A DNA stretch of 64,000 nt, taken from assembly GCA_965112155.1 (NCBI GenBank), contig OZ218104.1, one strand, 5' to 3'. How positions within the stretch are numbered: position 1 is the stretch's first letter; each line of letters starts with the position of its first letter. Of the stretch, positions 13,401 to 25,200 are shown piece after piece. Both the position numbers and the translations under genes were made by a program. The DNA comes from Podarcis liolepis. Taxonomy: Eukaryota. Below the pieces are notes generated by a model. That model made no database searches. It saw nothing but the letters and a program-made list of their open reading frames with translations, and had not been told where the DNA came from.

Positions 13401-16400
13401 TGGCTTTAGCTTCTCACTAAACATTAATTTTTTAAATGTTTTAAATAGTTTTTAACTGTTATTTTACTGATACTTTGTTTTATTCTTTTTGTAAACCGCT
13501 TTGAGGGGTTTTCTTTTACAATCAAGAGGTATGAAGTTTATCAAATAAATAGAAACGAGAGCAGCTGGCGGGAAGTTGAATTATGAGAAAGGAGGAACTC
13601 TGGACGAGCTTTTATCCTCCTGTTGGTCAGGATGCGGCCATCTAACCACGCCGTCATTCACACATGGGCCTCGTCCTTATGCATCTCTGACCCCTCCCTA
13701 CAGAAATACCCGCAGCCCAAGGGGCAGAAGAAGAAGAAGATTGTAAAGTACGGCATGGGGGGCCTCATCATCCTCTTCCTCATCTGCATCATCTGGTTCC
13801 CGCTGCTCTTCATGTCGCTCGTGCGCTCCGTGGTGGGCGTGGTCAACCACCCCATTGACGTCACCGTCACCCTCAAGCTGGGAGGCTACGAGGTAGGAAG
13901 AGGACAGCATGGGCCGGACCCACTGGGTGTCTTCGTCTGTCCTGTTCAGAAGGGTGATTCTGCCTCACAGTGAATAACGCAGTAGCAGCACCTGCTGTCA
14001 GCTGGAGAAATAGCTGCATGGCCCACTTCCTTGGGAGCTAGCGCTGAGCCGTTCTCTCTAAAGCACTGGTCGGAAGCCACGCTGACTACCATGCGCAGGG
14101 AGGGTTTTTGTCTGCCAGGTCAAACCTGCCAAAAGATCCTGGTGGCCTTTTTGCTTACCCTGTCAGAACAGCCTGGCTGAGGCTGATTTGAGTTGCCATC
14201 CAAAATGTCTGGAGGGCCCTATCTCGGGAGAGGCTGCTGCAGATGGCGTGGCCTGGTTCTCTTGCTAGAACGATGCGGTCCTTCTGGTCTGCATTCCGAC
14301 AGCCCCTCCTACTGTCCACTCCTTAGCAGACCCATCTGGATGGCTTAAAGCTTGGTACTGGTCCATGGTCCATTTCTATATGTGTGATGGGTTGTCATTG
14401 GTTCCAGGGAGGATAAAGCTATCAATTGCCTCTAGTGTCAGAAGGGAGACGGCTAATGCACTCAAGCCCTGCTTCTCATTGGGGCATCTGGCTGACTTCT
14501 GTGGGGAAGAGGCTGCCAGATTAGATTGCTTGATCTGGCAGGGCTGTTCGCTTGAAGCAGCTCTGCTGGCATGAGTAGTTCTCAACCCCCTCCTCCCTCT
14601 CACCCTTTTCCTTTTGCAGCCTCTCTTCACCATGAGCGCCCAACAGCAGTCAATCCAAGAGTTCACCCCCAAGGACTATGATGCGTTAACGAACGAGTTT
14701 GTGCGGCAGCCGGTGAGTTTCCCAAGGAAACTGGGAATGGGAAAAGAGCTTCCCTCTGCATCCAGGCATGTGGCCATAGCAGCAGCAGCAGCAGGAGTCC
14801 TCCCAGTCCTCATGTTCTGTGCTGGTGCTGTGTAAGAAAAGGAGGCTTTATGGGTAAACTGGTTGTGTGTGTGTTGTGGCATACCACCCTGACTCTGGGG
14901 CTCTCTCCTGCCCCCAGGTGGCCATGCAGTTCATCACCCTTTACAGTTATGAGGATATCGTGACGGCGCGCATTGAGGGCAGTTCGGGCTCGCTATGGAG
15001 CATCAGCCCACCCAGCCGGGAGCAGCTGTACCGAGAGCTGCATAATGGCTCCTCCGCCATCACCCTGCGCTTCACGTGGAACTTCCAGCGGTATGTCCCG
15101 GTGGAGATTTTAGGATTATGGTGTCTCGCTAGGGCATGCAACAAGAAACACCTTGCTGGCTCAGCCGAATGGCTTGCGCAGTACGCGTTGCTGTGATTAA
15201 TACTTCACAGTGTAATCAAGCAGCAGTAATTTCCCACTCCCCAGCCATGTTCTGCACCCTCTCCAAGTGCCTTTGACTGGCTGGAACGTGTCCTTAAGAG
15301 TCTGAGGATGCCTCTTGCTTGCCTAGATGGAGAAGTGTTGGTACATAGAGAGCCCTGCTGGAATACAGCCTGTGGTACAAAGACGAGAGTCACATTCATT
15401 TCTCTGCCCTCTTCTGCCTCTCACATCCTGCCCATCACTGGCCTGTGGCCCCTGGAAGCTTGTCTGTAAAGGGACGCGGCCCCTGAGCTGAAAATGGTTC
15501 TCCATCTCCTAACAGTCTTCCTGGTTAACTTTGACCAAGACACTTTAGCCTCGTTGTTTTTTTTAATGGGTTATCTTCTTGGTGTGTTCTGATTGCACCA
15601 AAGGCTCAGCATGGGCAAGAGCTTCTCAGACAAAACAGATGACAAAGGATTTGAAACATTAATACCTCTCTGTCTCTTCCTCTTTTCATCACTCCCACCC
15701 CCAAAACCTTCAGGAACCTTAGCATAGGAGGAACAGCAGAGTACACCTCTGAGAAGCACACAATGGAGCTGGGGCAACAAGACAACGTGCGGAGAGATTT
15801 GGCAAGGCTGCTGCAAGGCACCCACAACGAGTTTGTGTGAGTTTGAGGGGTGGCACACACCCTCCCAGCACACTCCCAAGGATTTTATTGCAAGAAAGGA
15901 GGCAATCTCTCCCCCATCTCAAAAACAAAACCCCATGGGTGACCCCACACAGTGGGGATGAGAAAATGATTCGCAGTTGACCAGAGTTTCCCCAGTGGAG
16001 CCTTGGCATGGCTTAGCATAAGAGCATCAGAAGCGACTGGCTGCTGGATCAGGCCAAATGGGGCCCATCTAGTCCAGCATCTTGGTCTCACACTGGCCAG
16101 CTTGATGCCTTTGGGAAGCCCGCAAGCAGGATCTGAGTGCAAGAGAGACTCTTCCCTCCCTTGGGGTTGGGATCATGTATGTGGGAGGGAGTGTGGCTCT
16201 GTGCACCCTTTAAAGGCTTCCTCTGATCCTTCTCCTTTTTTGTTGCAGTAAAGTTCCCAAACTCTTTCCTCCCTACATTCGTGCACCTAATGGCCCTGAA
16301 GCCAAACCTGTCGAGCAGATGCTGCCAGGTGAGACTGTTTCCGTTCTGTTTCCATATACGGGTTCAAAAGTGCCAAGTGCAAACACAGAGTAACAGTTCG

Positions 16401-17787
16401 TTTAGTTATCCTAGAAATCTCAACAAACACCTTATTCCAAAATTCAGCCTGCAACCCAATAAGATCCCGACAGATTGGTAACTATGGGGAAATGTTCAGT
16501 TCAAACATTTCCAGAAAGCCCACACTCCTGTTTCTGATTAAGCTGGAGGGATAGGAGAACACCCATTCTTTATGAAGACAGAGTTGCTCATTCAAAGTTT
16601 CTGTCTACCGTGGCAGAGGATGAGGACAGCTACTGGGACGTAGAGGTGCAACTAAAACGGCAGCAGGTGGGAATTGAGAACGGCAGTGCCAACTTCCTTG
16701 AGTGGTGGGTGATTCGGCTGGCCAACTGCCAGGAACAGGACTGCAACATCCTGCCCATGGTCATTTTCAACGACAAAGTCAGCCCTCCCAGCCTCGGTTT
16801 CTTGGCAGGATATGGGTGAGTAACATCAGGAGGGAGTCATTTACATTCATGGGAGAATTGTTGCCTACATTCTAAGCTCTGGAGCTGATGCAAATTTTTG
16901 GCTCAGAGGTCATGGGCTTGGATAGCCCATAACTTAGAGCACAGGGGTGGGGAAGAAACACAGGCCCCTAAGACTGTCTGGCGCCTGGGACTCTTCTGAG
17001 GCCACACACAGCCTCCTGAACCACCCCCATCCTGCTTTACATCTTCCCTGAATGTTTTGTTCCCAATTGAACGCCTAGAACCCTTCTAAAGGCTCCAAGC
17101 TAAACCCTTGGCGTTTAACCAGGCCTTTGGTTAATTAACATGGCCTCCTATGGTGGTGATCATTTTTCAGTAGCATGGGTAGGATTTGTCCTGATTAGTA
17201 TGTTGCTGGGTGAGCATTTTCTGTATTTTACGTGTCACTGCTTTACATTTTTCTAGTCTTAAATCATTTTTAAGTGCTGAATTTTATTTTCGGGGACACT
17301 TTTTATTATAGAGAGCGGCTGACAAATGCTATAATAATCCTGCCCCCTCCCCCCCCCAATGCACTAGCAAAGCAGCCATTTCTTAGCTGCATTATTCTGA
17401 GCAGAATGAAATTAAAGAGGCATACAATGCTGTGATCTTGCATGCCTGCAAAGCAGAACCGCATGGGTGTGGCTTCCGCCGTGTGCTGGCAGCTGCTTTC
17501 TTGGATCCCTAGCTAACCCCCTTCTCCCCCCACCCAGGATCATGGGCCTCTACGTCTCCATCGTGCTGGTGATCGGCAAGTTCGTGCGGGGCTTCTTCAG
17601 TGAGATCTCTCACTCCATCATGTTTGAGGAGCTGCCCTGCGTCAACCGCATCCTTAAGCTGTGCCACGACATCTTCCTGGTCCGTGAGACGGGCGAGTTG
17701 GAGCTGGAGGAGGAGCTGTACGCCAAGCTCATCTTCCTCTACCGCTCGCCGGAGACCATGATCAAGTGGACACGCGAGAAAGAGTGA
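1444..17787 (+). CDS. PIEZO1: Piezo-type mechanosensitive ion channel 1, 3' part (21 exons, about 1127 C-terminal aa; 5' exons lie before the window)
   Basis: Exons: 1444-1544, 2187-2280 (GC donor), 2460-2582, 3166-3338, 3433-3554 (GC donor), 4261-4446, 5839-6097, 7218-7406, 8492-8738, 9049-9160, 10866-11013, 11657-11871, 12606-12764, 12947-13094, 13704-13892, 14620-14712, 14918-15090, 15714-15836, 16249-16328, 16617-16815, 17538-17787 (TGA). Splice phases are consistent throughout. Motifs [50 protein letters not shown] and C-terminal [16 protein letters not shown] match PIEZO1; CTU2 adjacency also favours PIEZO1 over PIEZO2. Confidence 0.97.
4689..4786. repeat. About 49-bp direct tandem duplication in a PIEZO1 intron
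   Basis: tttctgcaggtttctac(a)catctctcagtccttcttccaagcaagcaag present twice back to back. Confidence 0.9.
6203..6390 (-). mobile_element. Probable L1-type 3' UTR fragment
   Basis: T-rich tail on + and the motif aggaggttgagggaagtc on -, resembling the 3' UTRs of the inserts at 44501-45300 and 51240-52257. Boundaries approximate. Confidence 0.5.
6759..6894. mobile_element. hAT (Charlie-like) MITE nested in an older hAT-like element (about 6456-6920)
   Basis: TIRs cactgtttccc...gggaaacactg, internal ggactacaa(t/c)tcccatc palindrome, 8-bp TSD ggctagag/ggctagaa. Confidence 0.8.
7571..7805. mobile_element. Tc1/mariner (Tigger/pogo-like) MITE
   Basis: TIRs cagtcgtaccttgg...ccaaggtatgattg flanked by TA on both sides. 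Confidence 0.85.
10256..10477. mobile_element. hAT-like non-autonomous DNA element
   Basis: Termini tagggtt...aacccta with duplicated flank gctatgg(t). Confidence 0.65.
11169..11517 (+). mobile_element. Sauria SINE, near full length
   Basis: tRNA-like head gggtggcgctgtgggttaaaccacag..ggttcgaatccc, Sauria body, (acctt/ttt)n tail; TSD ctgtgcttggg at 11161-11171 and 11516-11526. Confidence 0.92.
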
Positions 17788-18489
17788 GGAGCCGCTACCA
17801 CAACAGAGCCAAGCAGCCGGCAAGACACGAGAACAGGTGTTGAGAAAACACCGCCTTCTCTCTCACTCTCTCTAAGGGGCGGATGGAGAGCCTAAAGATG
17901 GACCTGGAGGGGATGCTGAGCTCCTCCTACTGCTGGACCTGGAAACTGCCTCTCTTCCCCACCTGCCTTTTGCTTCACCTCTGTGGGTGGGGCAGCCTCT
18001 TAACCTCTGAGCCAAACCTGCTGCCCCACTGCCTTAGGAGGAGGAGGGGAATACTGTCACTCTTTGCATCAGATTTCCCTTTTTGAAACGGCTGAATGGG
18101 AAGCACCTTTGCACTCTCCGAAGCCCCTTACCCTCCTGGGTTATTCACAGCAGCACAAGGGGGTGTTTTGCAAAGCAGGAAGTCTGCAACCATTTGCTGA
18201 TTGACTTGCGGTGCTGTATCCTGCTGAAAAGCCCACTGTATGCACAGCAATAACCTGTTTGCATCTTCCTCTCCCCCTGCAAAACAAAAGAATGTGGGGG
18301 TACAGAGCTTCTCTACCCCCTCCCACTTCTTGTTCTCACATTGCCACAAACACTCCTCCCCCCCACAACCGAGTGCCATAGTCTAGGCATCACTACGTGC
18401 CAACCCCAGCTGCTGGAAACAAAGGGGTGGCTGGAGTCTATTGACTTTTTTTTCCTAAAGGAGGTGGTTTTATTTATACAGATCTATAT

Positions 18490-18509
18490 AATAAAACTTT
18501 AAAAATAAA
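18490..18509 (+). terminator. PIEZO1 polyadenylation signals (two AATAAA)
   Basis: AATAAA at 18490-18495 and 18504-18509, about 700 nt after the stop, followed by GT-rich sequence. Confidence 0.7.
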
Positions 18510-19080
18510 AAGCTGTGGTTATTAGCGATATTAGAGCATACTGAATAATGGGGACAAGGGTGACCTTGGGGGGGGGGTGGGGTGGAAAAGAGGTGATACA
18601 CCCTCACCTTGAACAGAGCTTTTTCTTGGCTTCATCCTTACTACCCCATCTTCTGAAGGGTAGGGAGACTTATACCGCAAGTATAAAGGCACCTTTGTCC
18701 CTCCAGATATTGCTGAACTACAACTCCCAAAACTAATACAATACCTTTCTATGCAGATGCAATAATTACAACATATAAAGCGCAACAGGCATCCTGGACT
18801 TGATTCGTATGATGGGAAGTAACCATTAAAGAAATTTGTTACAAACATCACCATTCAGCCTGTTGCGCTTTATATGTTAGAACTACAACTCCCATCATTC
18901 CTGGCCACTGGCCATGCTTGCTAGGACTGATGGAAGGTGTAGTTCTGCAACATCTGGCAAGGCACTGATTCTCCACACTGGCAGAGTTGTGTAAGGACTC
19001 TCAAGTGCTTGACACCAACTGAAATGATGGGAGACCTCCTTGTAGCATCACTGAGCCAGATGCTGGTGGCTTCAGAATAA

Positions 19081-19086
19081 TTTATT
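19081..19086 (-). terminator. CTU2 proximal polyadenylation signal
   Basis: TTTATT on + (AATAAA on -) about 120 nt past the CTU2 stop. Confidence 0.55.
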
Positions 19087-19204
19087 TGCATTAGAAAATT
19101 TATAAAATTCAGGAAGGAAGAAAAGGTCAAATAAGAGCCAAGAGGGGGTGCTTTCTTGCATTGGGTGTTCTACTCTAGTTCTCCAGAGCTCAGCAAACCT
19201 GTCA

Positions 19205-22200
19205 TCAGCTCAGGGGAAGGCCCTCAGCAGCATCACTGTCCTCTTCTTCAAGCAAGAACTCCTGGATTTCTTGCTTCATTGCAGCCCTGCAGGAACAAAA
19301 CACACACCAGTCTCTACACCTGAACGTTTCTGGTTCCCCAGCAACTCTCATTCAGCTGGCTGGAAGCTAGTAAAGTCACAGAGAGGACCCCTATGACAAG
19401 CTGCTGCTTTTTGGGGTGTGTGCGTGTGGAGATGGGACCTGCACAGGGAGAGTGGGTGGTTAAGTGAGAATCAGCACAAGAAGCATCCTCCCCGTGCCCC
19501 ACAGAGACTGGTAATTCCAGCAAACCAGCGTTGCAGTTCACAACTTGGTCTGATAAAACCCTTGTCAAGATTAAGTCTATCTGGTTGTCATTTGACAGGT
19601 ACTGGGGATGAGCAGACTTGACCAAATATGAGCATGGCTGCCAAGGCAGGATCTGAGCCTTTGACAGACCCTTTGGTCATCTCTAACCCATGGGGCTATC
19701 GTAATAGTCCTTGCCATGCGTGCTACTGCAATACATGCTTTGAACTCAAATTTCTCTTCGTCATACACATTTATCCAACCTACATAACTACAACAGCAAC
19801 CACAAAACTTTAGATATCGCCATGATTTCCTTTTCTGTCTCAAGAGCACCCTGGCCTTTTGGTAAGGGGAGGGGGCACAACAGTAAATCCCCAGCACTAA
19901 ATAACTTTGGGACCAGGTCTTGCCATCCAGAGTGATTCCATGGAGAAATGGGCCCGATTTGAGATCTCTTTGGTCTCTTTCACATACATACATACATACA
20001 CACACTCTTCAGCACTGCCTCCAATATGCTCTTCCCTGCCCTTCCTATAGGTGCTTCTGTTCAGAGATGAACTATGTCTCCCACTGCACATATCCCCTCC
20101 ACTGCAGAGTGTGTGGCTTGTACCTGCATCGCCGGCGCTCTGCCTCCAAGTGGATGTAGGCTGGGAGAGGCTCCAAGGAGCTCTGCAGAGGAAAGAGGTT
20201 GGGGTGAATGAACACTTCCAGATGAATGAATCTGGAAGTGATGAATGCCTGAGCATCCCTTAGGCCTGGCAGAGCCCATGCCCATCCCTAGTCTGGTAAA
20301 GAAAATACAAAAGGGTAGGCAGCCTTTCCTCTTTGCCCTGGGTTCTAGTCCTCATGAGGCCAAGCCTCCTTGTCCAGATCTTGCGGCAGGCAATGCCCTA
20401 TCTCGCTGCACTCTGCTTAGGCCCACAACACTCTTCTCCCCCCTTCCCAAAGGCCGCAACACTCTCCCACCCATCAAACTCAACTGGGATAGCTTCATCC
20501 ACTCGTCTGGAAGCAGCAGTTTGGTGACAGAGGCAGCCAACTGGCCTGTAGTCTCTGAACAGAAAGCAAATGTGACAGCCCAGAAAAATGCAGCATTAGA
20601 GTAGGAGGAATCCTGCGCTCCACACCTCTCTGCACTTACCATGTCTTTGATGGTCAGGCGGCAGCTGTAGCAGAGCAATGGGAGAAGCTGGGAAGAATCT
20701 CTACAGGGGAGAACAGAGCAGGAAGGCAGAGGATCAAGTCTGGGCAGGTGATGTCTATGATTCTAGTACAGCAGAGGTGAACTTGCTTCACACCCACCCA
20801 CCCCAAGTGCTTTGGCCTGCTTGGTGGGCGTGTCTTCTTGAACTTGGATAATACCTCTCACTTCCTTGAATAGAGTGGGGTGTTTGAATAATTTCACAAA
20901 GGCGACATTTACATTGGTTGCTCCACCTGCATTTGCTTCTGGCCATTGACATGCAGCCTTCCAAAGGGTTTCCCACCCCTGGTCTAGAAGCACAAGAGCA
21001 CCTAAGGGGAGCCTGCAGGATCAGGCCAATGGCCCATCTAGTCCAGTGTCCTCTTCTCATCGTGGCCACCCAGATGCCTGTGGGAACCTGGCAAGCAGGA
21101 TTCGAGTGCAACAGCCCTCTCCCCTCTTGCGGTTTTCAGCAAGCATCTTTGACTCCTGCAGTGGAGGCAGAGCCTAGCCACTGCTGCTGGTAGTCATTCA
21201 TAGCCTTTGTCCTCCAGCCCTTTTTTTAAAGCCATCCAGGTTGGGGGCAAGGAGTCCCCCCACCCATACAAAGCTAAGTTGTTTGTGGAGCTATCTGTTC
21301 TGGATCCAGCATCCCTGCTTACCTTGGTGCCAGAGGGGCCCTGCAGCATCCTGTCTGATTCGAGGCCCCTCCACAGCAGCCGTTCCCAGTGGATGGTGGA
21401 AGTGGCTTCTGGCAGAGCTGCTCTGACAGCACCGTCGACTGCAAGGAGGAGCCGTCCACTGGGGAGGAAAGGGAAAGCAGAGTCAGAGGCAGCATCGCTT
21501 CTTTGGCCGGCTGAGTCTTTGTCCTCAGTGGCGGAGAGAGTTTCAGCTGTCGCCCCCGAGTGGCTAAGCTTTGTAAGCCAGGACAGTCTTGCTCTCTTTG
21601 TACCCAGGGAGTTCAATGGGTACAACAGGCTAGAAGGATACTGTTACAACAGCCATGCTGGATCAGGCCAGTGGTGTATCTAGTCCAGCATCCTCTTCTC
21701 AGTGGCAACCCAGGTGCCAAGGGGAAGCCTGCAAGAGGGCAAGAGCCCTCTCCTCTCCTGCAGCTTCTAGCAACTGGTATTCAGAGGCATGCTGCCTCCA
21801 ACAGTGGAAGAAGAACATAGCCATTGTGGCTAGCAGCCATGAACAGTCTTATCCTTTCATGAATTTGTCTACAAAAAGAAGTCATGGAAAATAAAGCTTC
21901 CTGCTGCTTTCCCCAACCAGTTTCCCTTCAGATGTCACTGCACTACAATTCCCATCATCCCTGTCATTTAGACATGCTGGGAGTTGGGAGTCCACCAGGG
22001 GGCACCAGGATGGAGAAGGTTGCTCTAGACCAGCCTTTCTCAACCTTGGGGCCCCAGATGTTGTTGGATTACAACTCCAATCATCCCTAGCTTAAGGGAC
22101 CAGTGGCCAGCAATGATGGGAGTTGTAGTCCAACATCTGGGGACGAAAAGGCTGCTCTAGATGTTACTAGAGGAATCCCAGAGGCAGGTATTCCAGTGGC

Positions 22201-25200
22201 AAGATCATTAGTTCTATGGCAGTTGGGTACGGCAGCCCAGGAGGAGAAACTCCTGGCTCAGCTAATGCTGCCACCCTGCAGGTTAGAACAGGCAAGCTGG
22301 TGGGTGTCTGTGGCTTCTGGTGGGAGGCAGAAGTCAAGCTAGCTTTTGGGGTCCTTCCAGTTCTCCAATTTCTGACTTTGTAGAACCACATCCAGGTGCA
22401 TCCCCTTCTTAAAGAAGTGAAAAAGAACTTTGCCGTTGAGGTTCACAAGGCCACCACATACCAGCATTGGTGTCCAAGGCGCAGAGACAGAAGAGGCACT
22501 GGGGTGTTTCTGTGGGTCCACCAGGGTCAGTCTCTGGGGAAGTCACACAAAGCTTCTCACCTGTCCTGCAGAAAGGATGGAGAGGGCATCAAGAAGAGGG
22601 CTGGGAAGACATGGATAGCCCTTCTGCCTCCTATTATCCATCTTGCTTTTGCCTCTCAGGCCTTCTGTGCACCATCCAGCTGGTCTCACCACATGGGGAA
22701 GTCACACAACCCACGTCTGCATGTATTCCGCAGACAGCATGTGAGAACTGGCACAGAGTTAAGCTGCCAGAAAGCAACAATGATCTCAACACACTCGTTT
22801 TAAGATTAAAAAGGGTTGTGTCCAGTGTTACGTCCTACTCAAGAGAAGACCCTCTGGAGTTAGTGGACTTCTTTAGGTCCATTCATTTCAACAGGTCTAC
22901 TGTGAGTAAAATTAAGTTGGATACAACCTGGAGTTTCTAGGCTTTAATGGTGGCTGAAGCAAACTTTAAATCCCTTGAGAGGAAAATGTCATGGTCTCAA
23001 GAATTCAGAAAGGGATGTGGGGATCAGGATGTGGGGCTTTGCTGCCCTGAAGAATAAGTGGGCTTTTATCATTATTATCATCCACCCTTCACCCTAAGAT
23101 CCCAGGACAGGTTACAACTGTAAAATACAGTATTAAAACTGCTTACAATCACAGAAATGAGGTGGCTCCTAAAAATATACACCTCCCAGGGCAAAGATAT
23201 GCATCTTCACTATTTGCCAGAAGTTGTATCGTGAAGGAACCAGACATACCTCAATGGGGAGGGAGTTCCAGAATTTAGCGGCTGCCATGGAGAATGCCCT
23301 CTCTTGGACCACCCCAAGCCTCTTAGGGCAGAGGAACTACCACAAGGGCTCCGTCTACTAATCTTAGCACCTGAGAGGGTCTGTAGGGAAGGAGGAGGTC
23401 TTTCAGGTATGTTGGGCCTGAGTAGTTTAGGGCTTTAAACACTAATGTGAGAACCCTGAATTGGACCCAAAAGCGAACTGGCAACTCCAGCGGGTTTTAA
23501 AAGCACACAGACAACTTCCTAGTTTGCATGGTTTATTCAGCCTGCAGAAACTAGACACTTACTGTCGCTGATGCATACAGTCCTGCTTACAATAGGTGCA
23601 AATACTAATAGGCCGGCAGAAGGGAGATTATCAGCGTGCAACCGATAGGGGTGGGGCAATGTGTGTGGGGGAGTGCTGATGAATGTCCTCCTAGAAGCAG
23701 GGAGACATGCAGTTGCTTGCAGGAGAATGGCCCAGCCTGAGGGTTGCTTACCGGCAGACTGTGCTGGTGGTGGAGGGGAAGTCACACTGCAACTTGTAGA
23801 GGAAGCTTTCAATCAGGCGGTGAATGCTGGCTCTGTCGGGGGTCTGTGGAAGAGGAGAAGAGGGGCATCACTCTTGGGCAACAAGGAAGCTTACTTGCTC
23901 CCAGGAGGTCTGGTGGAAGTGGGCCCAAAGGGGTCACCCTACAGGCACCCAGAAGTAGGTCCCTCTTACTTTAGTATCCAGCGCAGGCGTGAAGACTGTG
24001 GGCACCCCAAAGAAGCAATTGTAGAAGGCAATCTCTTTGGCAGTGTATTCCCGCATGGGACGCAAGAACAGCACATCACCGTGGCGACTGTCTGAAAAGC
24101 CCTTTCAAGGAAAGGAGAAAGTGAACAGTGCAGAAAGTGCGTGATCTGTTGCCCCGTTTGTGAGATAGGATAGCTCTGGGTAGTCCAAAGCGGTGGTGTG
24201 GAGAGAACAGAATATAGGAACTTGGGAAGCTGCCTTATCCTGAGTCAGACCATCAGCCTATCTGGCTCACCATAGTCTGCACTGACTTGGCAGCTGCTCT
24301 CTAGAGGTTTCAGGCAGGGGACATTCCAGGTTGTACCTGGTGATGCCAAGGGTTGAACCTGGGACCTTCTGCATGCAAAGCAGGTACTCTGACACTGAGC
24401 TACGGTTCGTCCTTTTATAGAAGCAATAAAGAAAAGCACAGTGGTGGTGCTAGTGCTGTCAACAGACTTCAGTTTGTCTTCTGATACAATTCATTATACA
24501 TGTACTTGGAAGTCAGCCCCGTCATGTTCAGTGGGGCTTACTCTCAGGTAAGTACATGCAGGAATTGCAGCTTTAGTCCCTGAATCTGGTGCTGCAACTC
24601 TTTGGGAGGTCTGGAACAACTCCCTGCTTCCCTCTCTCCAGTTCTTCAGGGCCAGGAGTGGGATGCAGAGTCTTGGCTTTCTGCTAGCTAGCAAGGCCAT
24701 TATAAGCAGCTCAGATGCCTGCTGCTGAAATGGCCAGCGCCAAATGTCCTCTCTGGAGAGGGGAAACAGGGACTGGATTCCTCAAGAACCGCACTGCCCA
24801 CTCCAGCTTGAAGCTTGCACCTCTCACCAAAGGGCAAAGAGGGTAAGAAACATGGGACTCTGTGGCCCCAACATATGGGAGTCTGCAGCCCCTGCTCTCA
24901 CCGTATCTGCAGCCAGAAAGGCCCCCCGTCCCAGGCACAGGTTGGTCAAGAGCTTGACAGCCACACGGGTACCGCTGTCCCCCATCATCACCTTGGAATA
25001 TCCACTTGTCCGGGCCACATGCAGAATCAGGTGGTTCCTAAGAACATAAGGAGAGCCCTGTTGCATCAGGCCAAAGCCCATCTAGTTCTGCATCCTGTTT
25101 TCACAGTGGCCAAGAGGTAGCCCACAAGCAGGACTCTCCCCCACTGGCAATCCCCACCAAGTGGTATTTAGATGCAATGCACAGCCATTGTAGCAAGTGG

